From a virus (lineage: Duplodnaviria > Heunggongvirae > Uroviricota > Caudoviricetes), in IMG/VR virus record IMGVR_UViG_2537561830_000004: a DNA stretch of 45,751 nucleotides; one strand, written 5' to 3'. Of the stretch, positions 1 through 7,951 are shown one piece after another; the stretch's first letter is position 1, and the number at the start of each line of letters is the position of its first letter. The notes below the pieces were generated by a model that did not search any database, had not been told where the DNA came from, and saw only the letters and a program-made list of their open reading frames with translations. Both the position numbers and the translations under genes were made by a program.

Positions 1-468
1 ATGCCAGATCAAAAAGAAAGTGAGAACACCAAACTCACTTGTGAAGAACAAAAGGATAATGAACTGGTTTCTCGAGTAATCGAAAATCCAGAGGTCTTAA
101 ACAGGGTTTTGGATAGTCCGCAGGTGCGGGCTATTGTTTGCCAGCATTTTCAGGGGCCTGTTCCGCCACCTTCAATGCTTAAAAAGTATGATCAACTGGT
201 GCCTGGGCTTGCAAATCGACTTGTTGAGTTGACCGAAAAAGAGCAGGCTCATCGCCATAAAACAGTGGCTGATAGCATTGATATTGCCAGAGATGGTCAA
301 ACAAAGGCTTTTTGGTTGGCAATATTGATCATCTTAGCTGCCACTGTCTTTGGCGTCATGGGGGAGACAGTTCTTGCCGGAACTCTCGTTTCAATAGATC
401 TTGTTGCATTGGTTACGGCATTTATTGTTGGAAAACATTATTCTAAGCAGGAACCTGATCAAGATTAG
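1..468 (+). CDS. hypothetical protein with hydrophobic C-terminal segment; lies outside int, may be host or cargo
   Basis: ORF from ATG at 1 to TAG at 466-468; C-terminal stretch AFWLAILIILAATVFGVMGETVLAGTLVSIDLVALVTAFIVG is hydrophobic; followed by hairpin plus T-run. Confidence 0.4.
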   Translation: MPDQKESENTKLTCEEQKDNELVSRVIENPEVLNRVLDSPQVRAIVCQHFQGPVPPPSMLKKYDQLVPGLANRLVELTEKEQAHRHKTVADSIDIARDGQTKAFWLAILIILAATVFGVMGETVLAGTLVSIDLVALVTAFIVGKHYSKQEPDQD

Positions 469-473
469 TCTCT

Positions 474-500
474 GAACCCCGGTTGATGCCGGGGTTTTTA
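474..500 (+). terminator. intrinsic terminator (hairpin CCCCGG-N6-CCGGGG plus TTTTT)
   Basis: perfect 6 bp GC stem at 477-494 followed by T-run 495-499, directly after stop of ORF 1..468. Confidence 0.5.
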
Positions 501-544
501 CACTAGCAAAGCAATATCAACATTTTTCAGCTGTATTTATTTCG

Positions 545-1663
545 TCAAACAACCAATTTAACCCATTCCTGACCACGAGTATCGTTATAACGATCGGTGG
601 TTGCCTGGACTTTATGTCCCAGTAATGTTTTTGTATCAATACCCTGCGCGCGGTACAGTCGTTCTGACAGGGAGCGTTGTTCATGAAATGTTGGCGGAGT
701 TTTTCCTGCTGGTGGAGTTATCCCAGCCAGATCCCGTGCTTTGGCAAAGTAGTCGCTCAGGTTGTCTTTACTCATCGGCTTTGGTTGTTTCTGGTGCCGA
801 CTATGGATTAGATATGGACTTAATATTCTGTCTCGGCACCCATCAATAACTTCTTTTAACGTTATCCCAATGGCATCACAGCGTAGTGTAAGCGGTAACG
901 CCAGACGCATTCCGGTTTTCCCTTGGGTGATATGCAGGTGTTCGTTCCATACATCTGAAAAACGCATGTGGCAAATGTCATCTCGGCGCTGACCAGTAAC
1001 AATCGCAAGAAGCATTGCGTTACGGATAAAGTGTTTTTCAGGCGTTGCGTTGTAAATTTTTTGCCAGTCTTCCAGGGTGAGCCTGGCTCTGGTTACTTTA
1101 GGGATCGGTTTACGGGTAGCCTCCGGAGGATTCCATCCAGGAGGAACTTCCCCTGCATGCTGTGCTTCTTTATAAATATCAACCCATAATCCACGATTTA
1201 CTCTCGCTGTGCTGACCATGTCTTTATCCAGCCACTCATCCAGTATTAATGCAAAGTCTCTTACTTCCAGTTCTTTCAATGGGTGGTTTCCCAGACGGGA
1301 AACCAGGTATGCAGCCATTCGGGCTTTTTCTTTGTGAGTTGTAGTTGCAATATCCCCATTTTTCAGTCGCGTGTCCTGTATTTTCAGATATCGATCAACC
1401 CATGCCTTTAATCTGATACCCCGACGTTTTGTTGCTGACGGACTTTCATCAATTTTGCGCATGAAATATTCAGCTTCTGCTGCAGCTATTCGCTGATTGG
1501 CTGTGGAAGCGATTTTTTCTGCTTTGCCTTTGTCTGTTCCGAGACCGTGAAATTTTCCAGTCACAGGGTTTTTATACTGGTAGTAAACCCTGCCAGTTCT
1601 GCGATCAAACTTTTCGTAAAGACCGGTTACGTCAGTGCTGTTTTTTCGTGGCCTCGGTGACAT
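545..1663 (-). CDS. int: tyrosine site-specific integrase (lambda Int family)
   Basis: 372 aa; C-terminal catalytic signature (TGQRRDD ... HEQRS ... LLGHK ... TDRY); position at prophage end next to xis. Confidence 0.9.
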   Translation of the reverse strand: MSPRPRKNSTDVTGLYEKFDRRTGRVYYQYKNPVTGKFHGLGTDKGKAEKIASTANQRIAAAEAEYFMRKIDESPSATKRRGIRLKAWVDRYLKIQDTRLKNGDIATTTHKEKARMAAYLVSRLGNHPLKELEVRDFALILDEWLDKDMVSTARVNRGLWVDIYKEAQHAGEVPPGWNPPEATRKPIPKVTRARLTLEDWQKIYNATPEKHFIRNAMLLAIVTGQRRDDICHMRFSDVWNEHLHITQGKTGMRLALPLTLRCDAIGITLKEVIDGCRDRILSPYLIHSRHQKQPKPMSKDNLSDYFAKARDLAGITPPAGKTPPTFHEQRSLSERLYRAQGIDTKTLLGHKVQATTDRYNDTRGQEWVKLVV

Positions 1664-1910
1664 GAGTTAAAATCTCCTTCAGTGCATCATCATCGCCAGT
1701 ATGAATTTCCGGCGCAATTCCCGTTTCACCAGGTCCAACAAATACTGCCCGGCGATCTATCAGCCAACGCCCACGAATTTTTTGTGGTCTTGGAACGATG
1801 TATCCTAGTTTTCCGTATTTCACCAGGGTAGTGTTTGTTATTGGGAGACTGAACCGTTTTGGTTTCCACTCATCGAGCGTTATCAGGTACTGTTCGCTCA
1901 TGGCTATCAC
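1632..1910 (-). CDS. xis: excisionase-like small DNA-binding protein
   Basis: 92 aa ORF overlapping int start; LTLDEW...RGRWLIDRRAV resembles lambda Xis winged-helix; true start may be the ATG at 1901. Confidence 0.55.
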   Translation of the reverse strand: MIAMSEQYLITLDEWKPKRFSLPITNTTLVKYGKLGYIVPRPQKIRGRWLIDRRAVFVGPGETGIAPEIHTGDDDALKEILTHVTEATKKQH

Positions 1911-1962
1911 TCCGGAACGCGCCAGTTGCAGAATACCAACGACAACTGGCGACGGTTGAACA

Positions 1963-4434
1963 TTAAAAATCAGCCTGATTCGGAATCAGTTTTTGCCAGA
2001 TAGCTGAAACGTATTTTGCCTGGTAACGGGCGTCATCAAGTGCATTATGGCGCTCACCTTCGAATGGAATAGCCGTTCTGGCATCGAAGTCTATGGCTTT
2101 CCCCAGCTCAACGATTGTGCGTACATCGCGATCGTTGTAGTAACGCCACGGGCAGGGGATCCCCTGCCGTTCGTATGAACGGCGCAAAATCGTGTTGTCG
2201 AAGTTGGCTCCATTTCCCCAAACCTGAACAAAAAATTCACCGGAGTTTTCGTCGATAAATTCCCGCAATTGTAACAGTGCATCATCTAACGGGATTTCAT
2301 CGGTCATAATGGCAGATTGCGCTTCGCGTGATTGCTTAAGCCACCATTTAATGGTGTCCCGATCAATGACTCCGCCAGCAGTTTCCAGATCGATAGTCTT
2401 ACTAAATTCCGGTCCCATATCTCCGGTTTGCGGATCGAAAAATATTGCACCTATTGAGATAATCGGGGCATCAGGATTTTTTCCCATGGTTTCAAGGTCG
2501 ATCATTAGATGGTCACACGTCCTACTGGCGGATGTGATTTCGTGATGACTGTTCACCTTAATTGAGTGATCTGCCGTCTCGCCAGTTTCATTATCGCTAT
2601 TGTGATGCTGATTGCCGCCAGTGTTCTTCTTGTTTGGATGTTCAGCGCCTTCCATTTCCTCCGGATCATCTTCCTGAACTTCAACCTGATACTCTTCATC
2701 GAATGTTTCCTGGTATGTTGCGTCGCCCATCACCGCGCCACAATCAGGGCAGTTGCCGCCGCCGGTCTGACCGCAGGCGGTGCAGATCTTTTCCGGTTCC
2801 TGTTGCACTACTGGTTCAGGTTGTTTCGTTTCTGGCTCGTTTTGTAACGCATTTGGGCTGTTTTGTTCCGCTTTCTGGCCGTTCTGTTCCGTTTCTTGCT
2901 GGTTCTGGTTCACAGTATCGCGGGTCTGGATCCCCTTAACCCATTTCGGATCATTCGGGTCGCTAATCCCTTCAATAAATTCACCACGTGATGCAGCAAG
3001 CAACTTATCGGCGTCAGGCTGGCTGATATTGGCTGCCTGCATAATTTTGTTTACTTCGTCAGCGGTAACTTTTACCGGTTCTGGCTGTGCGGTCGTGTCA
3101 GATGCACCAGTATTTTGTTGTGAACCTGAGTATGTACTGTTTTTGCGGGCGAAATATTCTTCTTTCGTGATTTCAGTAGCCCCGGCAGCCAGCGCCTTAT
3201 CCAGACCAGAAAGTTTGTTTGCGCGACCGTATTTTTCGCCATCCTTGTCGGTGAAGAGGAAGTAGAACGGCCCCTCACGCTCTACAGATGGTTCGACTTC
3301 CACTTTGCATTCGGTTTTTTCGTTGTCCGGAATTGCCGTTTCCACTGCATCAGTTTCTGGTACTGGCGACGAGAGAGTATCAGTTGCGCTCTGATTTGTT
3401 CCTTCATCTTCAAACACGCCCTTTGTAGTCAGGTATTCAGTAATGTATTTGTTCAGTGCCACAGGATCTTTGTGAATGTCGATCGGACGTTCACGGACAA
3501 GGCCAAAAATAGTCTGGCGGTCGTAGCGAAGGGCATCAGGCTGTTTGCGCATCGATGCCGAGATACGCTTCCAGTCTTCGCGGTCGTTGTCGATAACTTC
3601 ATTTTTTGCCCAGCGATGGATGCTGCCGTCAATGTTTCCGGCATCCACATCACCAGGCCAGAGAGCGTAGGCCAGTTCGTCATCCAGTGTTTTCCATGTC
3701 TGCTTGTATTCGCGATGAGTGGCAGCAATGACCGGGTTGATTTTTCCTGTTGAATTTTCAGTGTTCTGTTGATTGGCTCTGGCGCGGGCGAGATCAACAA
3801 CAGACGTGTATTTTCCGGTTTCCTTGCGCTCACCTTCGCGACGTTTTTTCCAGATGCGCATCTCTGCCTGAATTTCGGGCCATTTGGCACCAGGCTTACA
3901 TTTATGCTTAACCCACCCGATGGCATGCAGCTTAAGCTCCGGATACATGGCGTTAACTTCTGGCATTTTCATCAACGCTTCAACGATATGTCCGTCGAAT
4001 GCTGCCATGTCTTCCTGCAACAATTCCTGCGCGCTAATCACCATATCAACGGTGATGTTTTCACATGTGTCGAACTTAACCATGACAGCGTTCTGTACTT
4101 CAGGGGCCAGCTTGTCAAAAGTGACGTTCATCGGATCTGATTCAGTCTCAACCGGGACAAAGGAAGCTGACTCCTCATCCCAGCGGTTTTCCTGCATATA
4201 TTCAGCATCCCAGGAATCGAGGGCAGGGCGGGGTATACCGGGTTTATCCTCGCAAACAAGAAATTTATAAGCGCAGTCCTGAGCAGCCGGATAATGCTCC
4301 AGGAATTGCCAGGTAAATTTGGCACGGGCGCGGCGTTCGTCGCCAGCTTCAATGGCAGTGGCTACAGCGACTGCACCTTCTTCCTTTATTGCCTGTTCGT
4401 CCGGAATAGCGGCGCAAATAAAGACTTTACTCAT
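1963..4434 (-). CDS. large early protein with C-terminal DnaQ-like (DEDDh) 3'-5' exonuclease domain, central CxxC-CxxC zinc ribbon and acidic/Gln-rich linker
   Basis: 823 aa; C-terminus has MIDLETMG and HNALDDARYQ exonuclease motifs; CTACGQTGGGNCPDCG zinc ribbon; sits in the exo/recombination position of the leftward operon. Confidence 0.7.
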   Translation of the reverse strand: MSKVFICAAIPDEQAIKEEGAVAVATAIEAGDERRARAKFTWQFLEHYPAAQDCAYKFLVCEDKPGIPRPALDSWDAEYMQENRWDEESASFVPVETESDPMNVTFDKLAPEVQNAVMVKFDTCENITVDMVISAQELLQEDMAAFDGHIVEALMKMPEVNAMYPELKLHAIGWVKHKCKPGAKWPEIQAEMRIWKKRREGERKETGKYTSVVDLARARANQQNTENSTGKINPVIAATHREYKQTWKTLDDELAYALWPGDVDAGNIDGSIHRWAKNEVIDNDREDWKRISASMRKQPDALRYDRQTIFGLVRERPIDIHKDPVALNKYITEYLTTKGVFEDEGTNQSATDTLSSPVPETDAVETAIPDNEKTECKVEVEPSVEREGPFYFLFTDKDGEKYGRANKLSGLDKALAAGATEITKEEYFARKNSTYSGSQQNTGASDTTAQPEPVKVTADEVNKIMQAANISQPDADKLLAASRGEFIEGISDPNDPKWVKGIQTRDTVNQNQQETEQNGQKAEQNSPNALQNEPETKQPEPVVQQEPEKICTACGQTGGGNCPDCGAVMGDATYQETFDEEYQVEVQEDDPEEMEGAEHPNKKNTGGNQHHNSDNETGETADHSIKVNSHHEITSASRTCDHLMIDLETMGKNPDAPIISIGAIFFDPQTGDMGPEFSKTIDLETAGGVIDRDTIKWWLKQSREAQSAIMTDEIPLDDALLQLREFIDENSGEFFVQVWGNGANFDNTILRRSYERQGIPCPWRYYNDRDVRTIVELGKAIDFDARTAIPFEGERHNALDDARYQAKYVSAIWQKLIPNQADF

Positions 4435-4514
4435 GTTGTTTTAACCTCATTACAGATTTAAGGGTGAACAAATCCCTGCCATTGCTGGCATATAAAAATG
4501 AAACCGGATATTAA

Positions 4515-4772
4515 TTACGGTGCTGTTTTAAGTCCTGCCGGGATTTCGTTATTATCCATGTGAATAACTTTATCGACCGGATAACAGTTACCGGGAATTT
4601 TCTGTTCCGCTGCGGCAGCCATGCATTCTTTCATTGAACCGTAAATGTCAATAACCATGTCAACAGGCTCACCAGTATTAAGAAAAACAGTCAGAGTGAG
4701 GGCAATAGTAGTATTCATTGCCAGTATCCTTTTTGCATCGGGCGTAAACGTGCCAGCATTGAAAGAATGCAT
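4515..4772 (-). CDS. small hypothetical early protein
   Basis: 85 aa ORF; GGGAG RBS 4 nt upstream of the ATG at 4772; hydrophobic N-proximal stretch TIALTLTVFL. Confidence 0.3.
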   Translation of the reverse strand: MHSFNAGTFTPDAKRILAMNTTIALTLTVFLNTGEPVDMVIDIYGSMKECMAAAAEQKIPGNCYPVDKVIHMDNNEIPAGLKTAP

Positions 4773-4903
4773 ATTTTATTTAATAGCTCCCGTTCGTATT
4801 TTCTCTTATTAATGGCATCTTCAGTAAATACAGGGTTACTGATTCTGACACCAATTTCAAAACAACCTTCAGACGTATTGACGTTTGGTAATAACGTTTC
4901 CAT
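4715..4903 (-). CDS. small hypothetical early protein (start chosen at internal ATG with RBS)
   Basis: ORF 4715..4999 in track; GAGGA RBS precedes the ATG at 4903 (METLLPNV...). Confidence 0.25.
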   Translation of the reverse strand: METLLPNVNTSEGCFEIGVRISNPVFTEDAINKRKYERELLNKICILSMLARLRPMQKGYWQ

Positions 4904-5092
4904 TATCGCGTCCTCAACAATGAATTTTGTGATGCGGTGCCTGGTGCCTCCAGGTGACGTTAACCAGTTAATAATTAACGCCGGATACAGAGAACCCACC
5001 CATAAGAACCAATACGGAAGTCAACTGGTCTTTTTAACTGTTCCGCGTGCGCTGAGCCGCATTCACCGCATCACAAAATTCACTTTAAAAGG

Positions 5093-5129
5093 GGCGGGTA
5101 TCATGGGAAAAACAAAACGGATACCCGCC
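5093..5129 (-). terminator. candidate leftward intrinsic terminator (10 bp perfect stem, 17 nt loop, U-rich tail on minus strand)
   Basis: GGCGGGTATC (5093-5102) pairs with GATACCCGCC (5120-5129); minus-strand downstream sequence CCUUUUAAAG. Confidence 0.3.
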
Positions 5130-5470
5130 AAAAGGTAATCAACATGGGTTGTTGCAGCGGGGTTGTCACTCAGGCGTATGGTCAACCTGACAACCCGGTG
5201 GACATTTGCGAGGAACGGAGAACCCCCGCCATACTTACCGCCGCGCCATTTCGCGGAGTGCCACAACCGGAAGCGCACGGTCGACGAAAATTTAACGACA
5301 GGCTATCTATGAACCAACAACTTCGCCGTGCGCTTTCGCGTTATGCCCTGACTTTTCAGGGAGATATCCTTTCAGTAAACTGTCAGTGCCGGATGCTCAC
5401 CCGTGTCCGGCGCACGCACTCCACCTCACCCGTGGAGAACTCCTTAATTACTAACCCTCAGGAGGATGAA

Positions 5471-5746
5471 ATGGGGTTTGATGTCAATGAAACTCTTAAC
5501 TCTCTTATACGGAAAATTAATGATTTTGATAAAACACTACAGCATGCTGCGGCGCGTAGTGATATAACATTGTTAGCAATTTCATACCTTGCATCTGCCA
5601 TGAATAAAGATGAAACGGTACGAAAGAATCTCGTTGATTATATCGACTCGCTTCAGCCGGGCACTTTCAACCCTGAGAGCTTCAATCATGAGAAAGAGCA
5701 TGTTAAATCTGTAATTAATTCTCTTGTTTTGAATCAAAAGAATTGA
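5471..5746 (+). CDS. hypothetical protein (low-GC gene convergent with leftward operon)
   Basis: AGGAGG RBS then ATG at 5471; 91 aa; about 38% GC versus about 50% backbone. Confidence 0.4.
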   Translation: MGFDVNETLNSLIRKINDFDKTLQHAAARSDITLLAISYLASAMNKDETVRKNLVDYIDSLQPGTFNPESFNHEKEHVKSVINSLVLNQKN

Positions 5747-6056
5747 TGCTTCTTGTTACGAAGCAATTTTCAAGGGGTTCTATCCGAATCCCTTTCTTTT
5801 CCATTAACAAGCCAAACCCCTTATTAATGATGTCCATTAATTCCAGGAAGTATTTTTTATGTAAATCCTGGTTATCAGAGAGTTGCTTCTCTTCGTACAG
5901 ACCGATAAAGGCACGACGCACGTTACCGGATATATTATCGATGGTTTCTTTTTCTACGGTACTCAGGTCAAGAGTCGCCAATTGAGAATGAACTATATTC
6001 GCTGCCATTTCCTGGAATGGCATTGGTAAATCTTTAAATTCCATCGTCAACCTCAT
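5715..6056 (-). CDS. hypothetical protein, second gene of leftward (PL-like) operon
   Basis: 113 aa; start ATG overlaps stop of upstream gene (TGATG coupling on minus strand); low GC. Confidence 0.4.
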   Translation of the reverse strand: MRLTMEFKDLPMPFQEMAANIVHSQLATLDLSTVEKETIDNISGNVRRAFIGLYEEKQLSDNQDLHKKYFLELMDIINKGFGLLMEKKGIRIEPLENCFVTRSINSFDSKQEN

Positions 6057-6286
6057 CAGTCAGTATTTCTGGCTAACCAGCGACGCGCGCCAGCTTCGGT
6101 TTTAAACGTTTTGCTTTTGGTATACGTCATCGCCGTGAACGTGCCGTCTTGGTTTGGAAACACGCCGTATACCAGAGACTCGTTGTTGCCAAGATCGATA
6201 GTATCCATGTTGACCTCATTTCCCCTTAACGCCGGGGTAGCGGAACAAAAACCTGCTGCATAGTTAAAGTTGAACCCTGCCGTCAT
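6056..6286 (-). CDS. hypothetical protein, first gene downstream of candidate PL promoter
   Basis: 76 aa; GAGG RBS; lies about 90 nt downstream of a predicted -35/-10 overlapped by an operator-like inverted repeat. Confidence 0.45.
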   Translation of the reverse strand: MTAGFNFNYAAGFCSATPALRGNEVNMDTIDLGNNESLVYGVFPNQDGTFTAMTYTKSKTFKTEAGARRWLARNTD

Positions 6287-6384
6287 GTTCTTACGCCTCG
6301 GGCTGGCTACTTAACCCCTGACCACTGCCTGGTAACTCGAAGTATTGCCCTGCATTCTGTAGGATGGGGTGAGGGAATGAATGA

Positions 6385-6433
6385 AGTTTAGAAAAACGAA
6401 CTTTTCAGGTCAATGTTTTTTTATCAAAACATT
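6385..6433 (-). promoter_or_regulatory. candidate PL promoter with OL operator (inverted repeat AATGTTTT-N6-AAAACATT)
   Basis: minus strand -35 TTGACC (6408-6413), 17 bp spacer, -10 TAAACT (6385-6390); perfect 8 bp-arm inverted repeat at 6412-6433 shares the GTTTT-N6-AAAAC core with repeats in the cI-cro intergenic region. Confidence 0.4.
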
Positions 6434-6497
6434 TTAAGCAGGCAGCTGTTAAGCCATCACCACGATGGCATACAGTTAATCAAATAGATGAGGTTGG

Positions 6498-7136
6498 TTA
6501 AATATCTTGTTGAATTTTAAAGCATACGCCCAATATGCAAGATAGATCATCCAGCATAATTGAAGGGTAGCGAGGATTCGTGGGGACTAAAAGAATATCC
6601 GGCCCTTCTATCTCCAGTTTACGAATGACAGGTGTTGTGGTCCCTTTGGGTAAGGCAAGGACAATATTTCCTGGTTGTACGGTTCGATCGGGATCAACAA
6701 AAACTGTTGAACCATTTGGGATGGAAACTCCCCCACCAGATGTTGACATACTGTCACTCTCTAGAACAACTGCAAAGGTATTGACCGGGATTTCTCCGAC
6801 AAGCTGCACACAAGAGGTTATTGAGGAATTTTTCATATAATCACTCCAGCTTGCTGCCTGCTGAAGTGATAGTAGCGGAACCGTTTTTATCGGCGGTAAA
6901 GATAGATCAAGCGAATCACCTGTATTTAACTCTCCTCCATTAAGAAGCCAATTTTCGTTTACTTTCAATATTTTTGCCAGTGAACTTATGTAACGCGAGG
7001 ACGGCGCTCCTCCACCGTTCATCCATTGACTTACGGAGCCTTTTGATGCGCCAGTGCCATTGACAAGGTCTTTGCCTTTCAGGTTTAGCGCATGCATACG
7101 TTGGGTTATGCGTTCAGATATAGTTTGCTTGCTCAT
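6498..7136 (-). CDS. cI: CI-like prophage repressor (N-terminal HTH, C-terminal S24 LexA-like autopeptidase)
   Basis: 212 aa; HTH GASKGSVSQWMNG; C-terminal LESDSM (Ser nucleophile) and VIRKL (Lys); divergent from cro-like gene. Confidence 0.85.
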   Translation of the reverse strand: MSKQTISERITQRMHALNLKGKDLVNGTGASKGSVSQWMNGGGAPSSRYISSLAKILKVNENWLLNGGELNTGDSLDLSLPPIKTVPLLSLQQAASWSDYMKNSSITSCVQLVGEIPVNTFAVVLESDSMSTSGGGVSIPNGSTVFVDPDRTVQPGNIVLALPKGTTTPVIRKLEIEGPDILLVPTNPRYPSIMLDDLSCILGVCFKIQQDI

Positions 7137-7198
7137 GTTTTGATTTTAAAACACAGATGGTTTTGTTTCTTGACTTTCTTTGGTTTTGATTATTAAAC
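7137..7198. promoter_or_regulatory. OR-like operator/promoter region (GTTTT-N6/7-AAAAC inverted repeats, PR -35 TTGACT)
   Basis: GTTTTGATTTTAAAAC at 7137-7152 and GTTTTGATTATTAAAC at 7183-7198; TTGACT at 7170-7175; between divergent cI and cro. Confidence 0.4.
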
Positions 7199-7227
7199 TT
7201 TTGACGTTCAGTTTTATGGAGCGACTC

Positions 7228-7458
7228 ATGAAAAAATCAGAAGTATTAGGCTATTTTGGCGGAGTTGTTAAAACAGCCGCAGCTCTTGGAACGTCAAAAA
7301 CCACAGTCAGCATGTGGGGGGAAGAGGTTCCGTGGAAATGGGCGTTGCTAATTCAGGCAGTCACTGCCGGGGCGCTCAAATATGAGTTACACATACCGAC
7401 GGTTGTCATTCCCGGTTCTGATCATAATCCGCCTTCTAACCAAGGGGGGGATTCATGA
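7228..7458 (+). CDS. cro: Cro-like HTH regulator (YdaS-like)
   Basis: GGAG RBS, ATG at 7228; 76 aa; HTH GGVVKTAAALGTSKTTVSMW; divergent from cI. Confidence 0.75.
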   Translation: MKKSEVLGYFGGVVKTAAALGTSKTTVSMWGEEVPWKWALLIQAVTAGALKYELHIPTVVIPGSDHNPPSNQGGDS

Positions 7459-7880
7459 AAATCAAGCATGAACACATCCGCATGGCGATGAATGCCTGGG
7501 CGCATCCGGACGGCGAAAAAGTACCGGCTGCGAAAATTACCAAAGCGTATTTCGAGCTGGGAATGACGTTCCCGGAACTGTATGACGACAGCCATCCGGA
7601 AGCCCTGGCTCGCAATACCCAGAAAATTTTCCGCTGGGTAGAGAAAGACACCCCTGATGCAGTTGAAAAAATTCAGGCGTTGTTACCAGCGATCGAAAAG
7701 GCAATGCCACCTTTGCTGGTGGCCAGAATGCGCAGCCACAGTTCAGCTTATTTTCGGGAGCTGGTGGAGACGCGGGAGCGACTGGTGAGAGACGCTGATG
7801 ATTTTGTCGCAGTGGCAATCGCCGGTTTCAATCAGATGAACCGTGGTGGCCCGGCAGGAAATGCTGTGGCAGTACATTGA
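7455..7880 (+). CDS. CII-analog regulator (YdaT-like, Rac/Qin-type immunity region)
   Basis: 141 aa starting MKIKHEHI, immediately after cro with start/stop overlap; family assignment from recalled similarity to E. coli YdaT. Confidence 0.6.
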   Translation: MKIKHEHIRMAMNAWAHPDGEKVPAAKITKAYFELGMTFPELYDDSHPEALARNTQKIFRWVEKDTPDAVEKIQALLPAIEKAMPPLLVARMRSHSSAYFRELVETRERLVRDADDFVAVAIAGFNQMNRGGPAGNAVAVH

Positions 7881-7951
7881 CTGACAATAGCCATATCGAA
7901 TCGCTTCCGGCAACTCGTGAGTAAAAAGATTCGGTATCAGAAGAGGTGAGT

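Noticed and set aside
2091-4352. Multiple 60-160 aa ORFs on both strands inside the 823 aa exonuclease-domain gene
   Set aside because: All are nested in or antisense to a long ORF with clear exonuclease motifs; none has independent support.
5346-5361. nutL boxA/boxB site for an N-type antiterminator
   Set aside because: The hairpin and boxA-like stretch are in the right order only on the plus strand, whereas the early left operon is on the minus strand; no Arg-rich N-like protein was found. Kept only as an unexplained structured element.
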